DNA of 64,000 nucleotides from Takakia lepidozioides (GCA_030704615.1 CM060732.1:34596001-34660000); one strand, 5' to 3'; counted from the first letter of the stretch, positions 38,481 to 50,405 are shown. Translations and numbers: made by a program. Notes: a model not told the origin generated them from the letters alone.

Positions 38481-39329
38481 GATTTCCGGATATATTCATA
38501 ACGGTTAGATGGACACGTGTTCGCCATGCATGTGGAATGAGCATGTGGCGCATAGGTCGTTTCGAGCAATCATCTTGGCGTGGATGGCCTTGCGGTGAAC
38601 CTCCCGTGATGCCATTTTTTCCTTCTTCTCCTTCTTCTCCTTGCAACCCTGGATTCTGCAGAGACAATGACCCCATCCCGAGGGAGAAGAAAACGTCGAA
38701 GAACACTTTGTTTCACATCAAACCTGATGTTGACCTCCAAAGTGTATGTTTTGGGCATGAAACGAGTGTAGATGTTGCACTCGAATCAACCTTGCGTTGA
38801 CGCGAGGTTGATTTGTGTGCCTGTTTTGTTCATTCCCACCTCCCGTATCCGCTTGGCAGCTTGCTGCCTCCAGAAACCATGGAAAAGATGAATGCTCCCG
38901 ATGCATCATCCAGTGCCAAGAAGAAACCAGAGGTTGCAATCTCTTTTCCCATTTGGTTTTTTTGTTTGTTGAACTCCAATCTGAGAGCTCGGTATCAACC
39001 TTGTGTCAACGCAAGGTTGATGTCGACCTCCAAAGTGTATGTTTATGAAGTTGAAATGAAGCAGATGCAACACTCGAATCAACCTTGCGTTGATGCGAGG
39101 CTGATTTGGATGCCTCTTCTGTTCACTCCCAGCATCCGAAGTCCCGTGCCATGAACCGCAATGTAGGGAAAGTTGATTAAGTAAAGCCCCCAAAAGAACC
39201 TTGCGTCAACGCAAAGCATTTAGTGGGTTCACTGGACTGTTCCGGTATGCATTCAGACTAAGCTACATCCCCATCAATCAACCTTGCGTCAACACAAGGT
39301 TGATCCATGGGAGTTCAATCTGTCATTCA

Positions 39330-41092
39330 CTGGGATATTCATTCTCTACAGAGAAAAAGAAAAAGGAAATCCGTGGGGGGAGATGCGGCAGTGGCAGAAA
39401 GGTGATGGTGAGGAAGACTCATTTGAGAAACACTATGAAGACAAGGCCGATGAGGTTATGGGTGGGCAGAAAGTGAACTCCTCGAAGGTGATTCTGTTGA
39501 TGGAGGTTCTCGGTGGAAACCTGGTTATCCCACTATGCAGGATGATCTCCATGCCCGCGGTTTGACCCGCATTGAGGAACGACATCACGAAGTTGAAGAA
39601 CGATTTTGTTCACGGCTATGTCAAGGGATCTGCAATGTTCTACGTATCCACTGTGAACACGAAATGAGAGGAGTGTCTTGTAATGGAGGACATAGAGCAA
39701 AGTTGGGATGCATTCTGGCGGGATGTAAATAGGGAGTTCGAGTTCAAGCTGTCCAAAAAGGCCTCCACAAAAACGTTTATGGGAAAGATGTTTTGTCTGG
39801 GATGGGAACCATAGACTGCTTGTCTGGATGGACTACATTTCAAGCTTGCACTCGGACGAGATCGAATGGCACTGGAGCGTGGTTTCCATGGTACTCGACC
39901 ACAAAGGACGTGTCATGCAGCTCTTGACAACCATGCACGAAATAAACAAGTAAGTTACAACATTGTTCCATTTCGATATGCGTTTCCACAATTTGAAATC
40001 ATCTTATGAGTTGAAGGTTTTTCCAGGTCCAATGAAACCTCCCATGTGACGACCAATCTCTGCCATACTCTATTCTGTATCCAGAAGATAGGGCTCATGC
40101 CATTGGAGTCATTCGCGAACGTGCTCAGTCCTCAGCAGATATAGAGGTGTGTTGAAAAGAAGACACGCACATGGTACAGCCTGACAAGGGAGGCTTTTCT
40201 TGACTATATGTACACGGTAAGCTTCTTGACATCTATTTGTTTGTTGCCAGTTTAAATTTTATCACAAAACGCCAGTGTTTGATTCTTTCTCCCTGTAATG
40301 TATGCAGCAAGAAATAACAGAAACTGGTTTGAAGGCAAAAGCAGAGTACTATACTTCCCACACAGAAAAGCAGAGGTCTGCAACTGGGCTTGAGGACATT
40401 ATGAGATTCGAGATGAACAATCAAAGGAAGAACCTCATGAGTGCGTTCGACAAACAAATCCACATAGCAGATCCAAGTCTTGGCACGGAATTTCTGGAGC
40501 AGATGAAAGCACATTATCAAGTATGGCTCCAAGCCAGAAAGGACCCAAGAGAAACTGCATCGCCTTTCCATTTCAATGGTGGACAATGCAACCAAAATCA
40601 GGTGGTTGGAGATCTGGAATTCGGATCCACTTGTGAGAGACACCAACATGTTCCCAATTCTTGAGAGAGACTCGAAGACACAAGCAATAAAAGTTGTTAG
40701 CGACCACACATTCGACCAGTGGCTACACAAAGCAACCTTCTAGAGCCAGATAAGGCATTCACAAAACCCTTTTCAAATGATTGTGCACATTCGTACTCTT
40801 TCCCAAATTCTTATGATATTTCTTGCTGCAGTTGGAAAAACGAGCGGTGGCTGCACTTGGGAAGTCAATGGCAGACTACAAAATCCAGATGGCTTTCCCC
40901 CCGGATCACATTGGAGGCCTATATCAGGAGATGGAAGCTCGCTGTCTGGAACAACTGCTTCTTCAGGGAGTTTGAGAGAGACAAAAGAATCTCCAGGTCC
41001 TACGAATTCAAAAACCAGTACAACAACGAGCAAGCAATGAAACGAGTGTTGTACAGGTGTGACCTCCAAGAAACAAATCTGGTACTAGAAAT
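39330..41092 (+). pseudogene. 5' exons of the cargo gene, with a ParB/Srx-like domain
   Basis: Manual translation across 2 stops and 1 frameshift gives IPLCRMISMPAV*PALRNDITKLKNDFVHGYVKGSAMFYVS...GKMF/VWDGNHRLLVWMDYI (DGNHR at 39801-39815). GT-AG-bounded exons at ~40028-40216 and ~40308-41092. Confidence 0.7.
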
Positions 41093-42009
41093 GTATGTTT
41101 TTGTATTCTTGTGTCGTTTTTCCATGTAGAATTGCGAATTTGCAGGTTTTGAGGGAGGTCTGAAGGCTCTGGACTTGCAGCCGAGAAACATTGCGTTAAC
41201 GCAAGCTTGTATCCCATTGTTTTGGTTTCACTTTCCTGTACCTAGGGTTTCCAATGATGTCGTTTTCTGCATGTGAAAGGGCAAAAACTGAAAGGCAAAT
41301 CAACCTTGCGTCAACGCAAGGTTGATGAAGGGCCAGGCTATGTAATTCTTCATGTATTCTTGGGCTGTTGTTTGTTGTTGTTTCCAGTTCCGCTGCTGCC
41401 AAGATGAACATAAAGTCTGTTTGGAGTCTATTTGAAATGTTGTTTAGAGCTTACACTGTACCAACAAACAGCCTTGCGTTGACGCAACGTTGTTTGACAG
41501 TATGGATTGCTAGAAATGTCCTGCAGAAATACCCTGATTTCCATACAATTGTAGGAAAGTTAAAGTTATCAAATATCATGGAGAGGTGTTTTCAGCAGAG
41601 AAATTCAACCTTGCGTCAACGCAAGGTTGAATATCCATACAAACAGATCTTCGGATGGTTGTTTTCTAGTACTCTTTTCCATTTCATCTGTTAATGAAAT
41701 CAACCTTGCGTTGACGCAATGTTGAATTCCGCTTGTCAATCACTGTCTCTTTCAATGCAACATTATCATATGTGGATCCGCCAATCTACTTTGCATCAAT
41801 GCAAGGTTGATTGGGATTCCATGTTGTGCATGCGATGGATTAGGATAATGGGCTTTCCCTCTCGTAAGTGCTGGTTGAAAGTACAGTTCTCCATATTTGG
41901 TGTTTTCCTTTTCAGCTCGAATCAACATTGCGTCAACGCAAGGTTGATTTGGGCTGGCAAAAGTTAGTTTCTCCATGTTACTGACCTGCATTCCAATACC
42001 TTTTTCAGA

Positions 42010-43970
42010 TGTGTGATCTGTGTCCTGTGGTTTCTCAAAACCACTTCAGAGACTGTGGGTGGTACCTCGATCTGCCAAAACAAGACACACCATTCGATGA
42101 AGTGGTTTTGAGAAACCTTAACGACAACGCCGCGGCACTTGCCCCGCTTGCTGACAAAGACATTCAGGACAGAATCATTCAAGCACTGGTTGCAAAAGAG
42201 CTTGAGAAATCTGCTACTCCAAAACGGAAAGGGAAGATTGTCGGGGATCCAAAGGGGAAGGGGAAGAGTACAGCTCCGTAGGAACAAGGCCCGTCAGAGG
42301 TCGCTGAAAGACACCCTTCTCCAACTAGGAGGGATAGGAGAACAACAAAGTCGAGGGAGCAGCCTTTCGAGGCGAGAGAACAACCATCCAGGGTTTTGGG
42401 CCAGTTCCATCGTAAGGTGGTGAATGAAAGTTTTCTGGCAATGATGGAATCCAGGAAGTCCACATTCAAAGGGTTACCGTCGAAATCATGGGACATGCTT
42501 GTTTCGTTCCTTACTCAGGGAAGCACATATGTCTTAACTGTGGTATGAATTATTTTGTTTTGGCAACTCGTTCTGGCTTGTCATCGAGACTGATTTCATG
42601 TTGGATTTGGATTAGACTAGTGACACTGTGTCTTGTTTTTTTATTACAAGTCACAAAAATGCCAGATTGGGCGAATGGAGTTCAGCAGGCATACGCGACT
42701 GATCTTGTGGTGCTGGACATTCCTGACGGTTTGCCTATCCCTGATGTGTTGCCTTCCAATGCAACCCCCACTTGGAACAAATCGGATTCTCGTTACTGGC
42801 AGTGGGCTTTCTCATTCAACAACAAATTTCTTTCTGACTCGAGGGCTCTTCTTCTCATGCAGTCAAAGGACATGTCGGCACGGAGAACTCTTTTTAGCTA
42901 TATGAAAGCTTCCGGGTTTTGTGTCATCAAAACTTGGACATGCATCAACACTCTACCTCTTACAAAGGGCTAGTTCTTGGGGCAGAAAATGAGTTGGTTC
43001 CTTTGAATTAAAGTTCCGTGGTTCTTTAGTAAGTGTCAAAAGTAGGTTATGTCTTTGCCTCATGCTCTCTTCGTGATTATTGACAAACTCGGGTGTTCGA
43101 AGCTTTGTGCCTGGTGAGGGTGCGGAAGGACACTCTTCCTCCTGGTATTGTTGAGTTCCAGTTGAGGGACCTTGTAGCTCACATTGACCCCACCTGCGAG
43201 CCTATGGAGGATGATGTAATCTTCAATTACATGGACTTGGGTCGAACTACGAAAAGGTCGACTGGTGTCCCTTGGAGAGGTGCCCAAGAGACATCCCCAG
43301 CTTTCATGCAAACTTTGGTGGAGACATGCAGCCGTCACGGTGGATGAGTGCTTGACTTGTCTATTGGCACAGGTGGGGCCTTGAACACTGTATTTGAAAT
43401 ATGGGCAGTGGGCTTAGGGAAGCCCTGTTTTAATTTCTTGTTCAGCTTCGATTTGCAAGAGCATCTTTTCATGCAAAAGCGCCTGAAGGCACTTCTTCGG
43501 CATGGAGGCTGATACGGAGCTCTTCTCAAGCGAGCTTCATCATCTTGATCGGGCACTACTTCTGCCCCATCCACGGAGGGACTTCTGGAGGAGCCCAAAG
43601 CGCCTGACGAGGATCTCGACGTGGACTCCGATTTTGAGTATGAGTAAGTTCGGCTCTTGTCGTGCAAAATATGTTGCATTTCCTTGTGTCATTCCCGTTC
43701 GACAGATGGTTGCTTACATTGTCTATTTCTGCATGATAACATCTACCACCATTCCTCTTCTTGCTTTCCAGAGTTCGGCACCAATCATCGAATCAGCAGA
43801 CACCTTTCGGTTTCCAAGGATACTACATGACCTCGAGTCCCCCTAGAGCTTACCGCTTGCCGGTTTACGCGGAAGCATGCGCACTGGTGTTGTCCCAACA
43901 AACAATGTATTCGCCTCTCCATGGGGATCGTGGAAAAAAAAAACGTCGCGGATAGGCTGTTGTGTTCATA
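42010..43970 (+). pseudogene. 3' exons of the cargo gene, with a beta-class (N6_N4_Mtase-like) amino-methyltransferase domain
   Basis: DLVVLDIPDG (motif IV-like, 42701-42730) and KFLSDSRALLL, then PWRGAQETSPAFMQTLVETCSRHGG*VLDLSIGTG (motif X/I, to ~43372), then RHFFGMEAD (~43487-43513). Catalytic motif before SAM-binding motif indicates the beta permutation. Confidence 0.68.
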
Positions 43971-44560
43971 GATGATATTGCTGCAGACTCTGGAAGTGGT
44001 TCCTCTGAAACCTCCAGTAGTTCTTGAGGTTCATGTACCGAGGCGTAATAAATTGTGTTTTGGTGTTGCTTCCATCCCCAAACTATTTTTCAAGTTCTTC
44101 GCGCATTCCCGTAAGTACAGTTAGGGATTGTCTGGGGTAGGTCTTGAGATTCCGGCATTGGAAAATATTTGTGGGTTGGAATGAATGAACTACTTTGCAA
44201 AAAGAGGCTTTTCTTTTAATATTCAATTCTCTAACGGGCGATCTCCTCATTCCAAAATCATGTCCTCAATCCTAAACCATCCACAAACCTACCATTGTTC
44301 TTGGCCGGAAAGAATATTAATGTGGGGCGATGAAGGGGGTTCAAAAAATAAGGACATAAGCGACAACCGATCCGCGGTAATGGGGGGGGGGGGGGGGGGC
44401 ATGGGAGAACCCATGTGAAATACAAGAACCACAGAATTAAACAGAATACCTCTTTACAAGGTAGAGTCATTCCAAAAAACAAAAATGGTGGCCGAAGCCA
44501 GGATCAAAATTCACTGCTATTAGACGTTTTGGTTTACAAATTCAGTACACATGTTGCAAC

Positions 44561-45212
44561 CAGTGTTGTGCGGTTATTTGATTTTTTTAATATCAGCTGG
44601 TTACAGATGTTTAACTTTAACTTTGTGCAGTTCACATCCTTCGGTTTCGGGATTTTGGAGCTTTTCCGTTTCTGTTATCCTGCCGGTTGGCAACAAATAC
44701 AACCCTAAGCAGTTATGGACAAATGGAGTTTATGTAAGGTTGGCCTCCGGCGGTTCAGTATCCAGTTATCAAACAAATCTAAATTTATTTTAATAACATA
44801 AAATAACCCAAACTAAAAATCTAACGTATTAAAAATAAAAATGGTGCCCTCTGAAACGTGCCCTTCTGAACATGATGAGCAGAAATGAAATGAAGACATG
44901 CCATCTCTTGACTATGGCCCGCCTCCTTTGTGTCAAGTGAACAAATAACCGGCTATTATCCGGATTATAAACTCTGGTTGTCAATGCCGGATATATCCTG
45001 CTTCTTTTGGCCACTGGTTCTAGTTCAAATCAAATTTAAAAAATATACAAAATCACCGGTTCTCAAACGGATCCGGTTATCCCATCTTTTCAGATGCGGT
45101 TCTTATCGGAGGCAGATATTTGACTCTTTGACCTCCGGCAGATCCACATATCTATATTCCGGTTGGGACCCACGGGGGGTTTGAGGCTGAATCAAATATC
45201 CGCGCAACACTG
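44561..45212. mobile_element. hAT-type MITE
   Basis: 22-bp TIRs CAGTGTTGTGCGGTTATTTGAT / ATCAAATATCCGCGCAACACTG. 8-bp TSD gttgcaac / gttgaaac (7/8 match). Internal TATCCGG/CCGGTT repeats. Confidence 0.85.
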
Positions 45213-45705
45213 GTTGAAACGGGTGGATTTCATCCTTATGTACAAATGGTACAATAGTCATGTGTATGAGTGCATGGGCCTACAAGCATGGCACTTCGTT
45301 ATTGTCTTCGGAACGAAAACACTTACTCAAATTTCTCTTATCAGTCTTCATCTCATTGGCATTTCTGTACCTCAAAATTGTACAGCTGTGTGGGGACACT
45401 ATGGTCTCCTACGGAACCTATACTGAAGGGGGCTTTAAACAAGAAATGGATTGGAAGAAGAAAAAAGCTATGAATGCAGTGTTAGGGAAAATTTAGCAAA
45501 ACATCACTATTCATTATAATCAGAACTCAAACATTGGGAGTGTATGGATTGCATTCATTTCTTTTGACAACGTCGTTGACGTGTAATTCTTCTGAATACA
45601 TTGCATGCATTTCACTCGACAGTTTCATTCACTCCGGTTGGGGTTTAGGGTTAGGGTTTATGGTTTAAAGTTTGGAAATGGGATTTAGGGTTTGCGATTA
45701 CGGTT

Positions 45706-45706
<1 letters not shown>

Positions 45707-45736
<30 letters not shown>

Positions 45737-45900
45737 TGACGCCTCCCGAAGGAAGCGTAAATGATGTGTCTCTTCGCCCCGAAGGGTTACTACCTTCCGC
45801 TAGAAAGGTGGACACCTTTGTGATACCAAGGGTGGATTGAACCCACAACCACTTCCGAGGTGGTATGGACCCATTACCACTGGGCTACAACTTGGTTGTC
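45707..45900 (-). mobile_element. tRNA-derived SINE with (TA)n tail
   Basis: A box TAGCCCAGTGG and B box GGTTCAATCC on the - strand. 9-bp TSD ttacggttt at 45698-45706 and 45901-45909. Confidence 0.85.
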
Positions 45901-46373
45901 TTACGGTTTGTAATAGGCATATTTCCGCGGGAATGGGTGACCTTCCGCGGTAATAGGCCCGCAAACTTAGACCACTTTCATGCCATGTGGGCTGGGCTCA
46001 TAGGCTCATAGACTCACGGGGGGTTGGGCTCACGATCTAGCATTCCCCCATCTTGGCCCATGGGGTCCTCAATTTTCATCACTTTCTCAATTTCAACGGT
46101 AATCTTCTGTTGTACTACGATGCTTACATCATGGGATTTTTTTTTGGATTCTAACAAATTTTTGCACCTTTGAAGTTGAATTGGATGATTTTTGGATTGT
46201 ATCCCAAGTTAGGCACTTGTGGCCGGAGCATGTGAAATTTTCCGATATGGCTTTTGGTGTAGGAACACGTTTGACTCAATCCTTTTTGGATGATTTAAAA
46301 GGCACCTGCTTTCTAGCTTCCAAGCTTGTCATCTTGATGTTGAAATATAAATTCAATTTTTAGAATAAGAAGA

Positions 46374-46577
46374 ATGGAAGGTGGATGTGCAGATACACTA
46401 ACTCAGATGATATGGGAAGCTCTGAAGATTTATGGTGGCCTTACTGAAGAACAAGTGGGGGAATGCCTGCTCTCTCTAGGAGCAGATGGTGCCTCTGTTT
46501 TCCAGGGTATCAGAACTGGGGTGGCAGCTCAGATTAAGAGAGACCATGCCCCATATATGTTGATTGTCAAAAGCTAG
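46374..46577 (+). pseudogene. hAT transposase fragment
   Basis: SLGADGASVFQGIRTGVAAQIKRDHAPYM matches the hAT DGASV..G...GV motif. Confidence 0.75.
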
Positions 46578-47736
46578 CCAACACCAAGATCCAATCCCAT
46601 AGTGGCTGCTTGAAAGTTCATATAGTGATTGTAAGGATGCTGTTATTGATTGATGCAGCTTGACTCCCTCACACTAAAACATCGGTTTGTGCTTGTTGGA
46701 GTTCAAGGTTGGGGGGAACCACTTGAGCTGCCAATCTCGAACAAGCCGAAAAACTCTCCTGAAATCCCCTTCAAGAAAGTGAGGCATTTTTTTCTTGCTT
46801 CCAGACAGCGTCCACACATCCCAAAAGCGAAGCTTTTGCATGTTGGTTCAATTAATATCAATGAATTTACACCCAACTAAGGGATAACTTATGTGAATAA
46901 TGAGAGGAAGATATATTTACTACTCCTCCGTCAGCTGTGAGGGCACTGTCATCGGAAGGATTTGTAGCGAGCCGTGGTGCGATGCTCAATTGTTGCGCAA
47001 AAGGGTTGTGCTGTTGTGGATCTACTGGTTTTTCTCTTTATCTCTCCTGGACTCCACCTTGTAACTTTAGTTTTTGTTCTTGCAGGTTCTAAAGCATTTG
47101 CTGATAGTCCTCCAGAACAAGCTATGATTCTGTTGCCTAGTACTGTCAAGTGTGAGTGGATTTGATGGCGTCTCATTAGGTGTGCAAGTGTCTGCATACT
47201 CGGCAGAAAAGGGGGTTCAACTCCCCCTAACTTCTTGGGCATACATATATAGATACAATGAAATACGGAGACGTGACATAATAGCTTCGGCAACACTCTA
47301 CCATTCTTCTTGCAGAAAACAATGAAATAGGGGATGTATGTATGGAGATGACCCACCTTTTTTTGTGAAAATTGAATGTAGTTCTTAGAATTCGTTGCTA
47401 ATAGTGTGGAGCAACGCGAAACCCTAGTCAGCTTAACATAACTTTCGAAAGCAATAACACATCAGCTCATGAGCTGGTAGCTCAGCTGGTAAGTGCACAA
47501 TGTGTCGCCCTGCCTAATGGCTTATCTGGAAGGGGTTAATTTTTCCCCCTCCTCAAGGGCCTGAATTGTGACTCAGCAGTCGCTCCCAGGTTTCGTTTTT
47601 AAAAAAGAAAAAAGAAAAAAAAAAGCAATACCCCATTCATCAATAACTCATACATCCATAATACTTCCAATAACATGTACATCCATCCATCTTCTGCCAG
47701 ACCGGCCGTGCGCCTCCGGCTACTGGCAACGATTGC

Positions 47737-47832
47737 GGGAGAGAGGGCGAGGGAGAGGGGGAGAGAGAGAGAGCGGGAGAGGGAGAGAGGGAGAGAGGGA
47801 GAGAGAGGGAGGGAGAGCGAGGGAAGGAGGGG
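47737..47832. repeat. Degenerate (GA)n microsatellite
   Basis: Purine-rich gagaggga run. Confidence 0.9.
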
Positions 47833-49865
47833 GTCTTGCCCCGGGCTCGTGTTTTTCACTGCGCACTCGATCACAAAGCACAGCAAAGAGATTGGTGGAG
47901 CAGAATCCTGGCAACGATTCTGTCACAGGGTAACACAATGTCGCTCGGTGCTCGCCTTCCAGACACCACATTATTGGCCTTGGATGCCAGACCTGCTGGA
48001 AGTTGGTCTGCGACCACCATCGCGGCGGATCCCGGAATTGACGAAGCCAGCAACAGCGATTCCGTCGCTTTGAGGCTAACTTCTCTGATCAATGGTTTGT
48101 CCATCCTCGATGGAGATGATAGTACTGGTGACTCAGGATTTGAAACCGTTAAAGCAGGACATTGAAATCCATGTCTTCTTTTGCTGGATGTGTGCACCGT
48201 CCTAGGGATCGTGCAAGAAGGTCAATTCTATTTTAGTAGTGTGTCATATGATTCGAGGGAGAAAGTTGCATTTAAAAAAAAAAACATACCGGACAGAAAC
48301 AGGGATAGAGTCACAAGGACACAGTAGGACATGGGGACAGGGACGGGCATATGATCATGGCCAATATAGATTGAAAGACGCAACTTCTTGGTTTGATACA
48401 GAATGTGTTCAGCATACGCATGCAGCTGTGGAGCACCTTCTTCCAGCAGTAACGTGAGCCACACATCTAGCCTTTTCGTCTGTCACATCATGGATATTGC
48501 GTGATGAATGAGGATAACTGTACATATCCTAGAATGGGAATGCATCAAGGCTTAGGAGCACTGAATCGATGTTTACCACTTGCCCTCCCTAATTTCGATC
48601 ACATGCACAATGGGAAAGAATGTAGGCGAATCTATTCCAAAAGTATCCTGAGCTTGAGTCAGCCGAGTCCTTGTCTCAAAATTGAGTCATGCCGCCATTC
48701 AGCACTGCTGTGTCGAATCTGACAAATTGATGAAATGGTCATTACAAGCAGTGATATCAAAGTAGGTTCAGAGGAGATCGCGGAGTTGGTGCATCATTCG
48801 CGGGAGTGTGCCTTACTCCGCAAGAGTCAGCTCGAAGAAGAAAAAGAGAGAGTTCAGCAAGCAGCATGCCGTGTGTTGGACGTACTGAACCGTCGAATGG
48901 ATGTAAGCGAACAACAAACACCTCTTGCTTGATATCGTACTGTTGTGCCCTTGTTCATGCAAGGTCAAGTCATGTGCTTCATATGATGTTATTAGTTTGT
49001 AGCTAGCAGCTGTTTCCAGTTCTCTTGCTCATGAAGGCGGATCGAAGTGAGTCTTTCCCCTATCGCAGGTCCAATGATCCAATGAAAGAGATGAAGCTCG
49101 GAAGGAGGTTGCAACTGTGATTTACTTCTCACCGCTCCGGCTGCAACTAATTTTGTAGCAATCCAACCTTGGAAACATAGTGACCATTGCAGAGCTACTG
49201 CTTGAACCATTTTCTGGCTTTCATTAGAAAATAGTATCCAGACCAAGTGAGTTTGGGAACAGAATTTCGTGAATTTTGAGCTTGCAGCTGTTGCAGCGTA
49301 CCATACATAGAATAGGTGTCATCGATGAAGCTTAACTCAGAGTGAGTACAAGAAGTACGAGTACATCAGCTGGTTGATACTCTGAAATGATTGTTGCCTT
49401 TGGAATGTGGGAGCAGTCGATAGCTGGTGAATGAGCTTATGTAGGAGAGAGGAAATGGTCGATTTAAACCACTAAACGTCGTTCTCTCGTTTGTTCGATT
49501 GGGAAACAGCGCCCGTAACTACTTCGTGCTCGGACACGAAGTTCAGGCTTCGCTATATCGTCTACGAGCTTATCTTGAACCTGAAGTTGCCGCGCGTAGA
49601 GCTACGTGTACGTAAAAACCTGCTCTAGATTTTCCTTTGTACTTTTTAGGGCATTTTGAAGCAGAACTCCCCAGTGCACAAGTGGCATGGAACCAGTCGT
49701 GCCATTTGGGAGCGGGAGCATGGAACGGGTGGTTCCATTTCTGGAACCACGTTGCCATAGGGAGATTAGTGGAACGCAATCTCGTCCCTTGGATGACATA
49801 TCATCTAGGGTTGATGTGAAGCCAGCTAGTCAGAGGGTGGAACCAGGTGAGCAAATTTTTACGCA

Positions 49866-49967
49866 GCAGAAAGTTCCTGCCCGCGGACTTTCGGCCGTTT
49901 GCGGGTATGGCCTCGGGCTCCCGCCCTCGGGCCCACGGCGGAAAGTCCTCGGGCAGGAACTTTCCGC
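49866..49967. mobile_element. ~100-bp foldback element (mini-MITE)
   Basis: gcagaaagttcctgcccgcggactttcggccgt pairs with acggcggaaagtcctcgggcaggaactttccgc (about 33-bp arms). Confidence 0.7.
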
Positions 49968-50405
49968 TATACATAGTACATACGTTTGAAGGATTTCACT
50001 TGTCGATTCCAGATGGAAGAGTAATGGAGCTGCAGTGAGCTCCAATTGCTGGAGTGCCAAGCGTTTTATCATTTTTTTGAACTTTGACAATCTGTTGTTG
50101 GCATCTCTGGGTTTTGGACGTAAAAAGCCGCCTAGAAATTTTCCTTTGGTAAATTGTTATTTCTCAGACGGGAAGTTGTCATCCTGACAGGAGGAGATAA
50201 GCTTAAGTACGGCAGGCGGACCTTACGAAATTCGTAAGATGACGATTTTGGGGGCCCAATGAATGCGGAAGGTTGGTCTTTTACGCCTTCCGCCGTTTTC
50301 AAACACGTGAACTCGGGCAAAAGTGCTTCATCAGCTGCCCTTCCCCTATTCGTCACATCAGGCAACTTGCACTTCATCCGACACATCAAAACATCGACCA
50401 CAGTG

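Larger units (their letters stand above)
35259..41949. repeat. Dispersed ~28-30 bp palindrome family, consensus AATCAACCTYGCGTYRACGCRAGGTTGATT, about 15 copies in three clusters
   Basis: Copies start near 35284, 35326, 35369; 38784, 38994, 39077, 39197, 39276; 41187, 41298, 41466, 41603, 41698, 41783, 41920. Confidence 0.92.
34498..46049. mobile_element. Large Mutator-like DNA transposon with a divergent transposase and a ParB-like/DNA methyltransferase-like gene; ends approximate
   Basis: Transposase motifs at 35597-38480 (-) and cargo gene at ~39330-43970 (+), with one palindrome family spanning both. Outward-facing CCRCGGTAATAGG and GGCTCACG motifs at 34497-34625 and 45945-46035. Confidence 0.65.

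Noticed and set aside
41187-41949. Palindromic repeats with unique spacers resembling a CRISPR array
   Set aside because: Spacing is irregular (~55-140 bp), copies are degenerate, the context is a eukaryotic intron and there are no cas genes.
45640-45693. Telomere or interstitial telomeric array
   Set aside because: Only a few degenerate TTTAGGG units, which are common in transposon subtermini and promoters.
47471-47498. tRNA gene (also 60800-60870 and 61085-61150)
   Set aside because: Only A/B-box-like fragments with no complete cloverleaf; better explained as SINE remnants.
47836-49250. Short ORFs suggesting a gene
   Set aside because: No recognisable motif or consistent exon chain; left unannotated.
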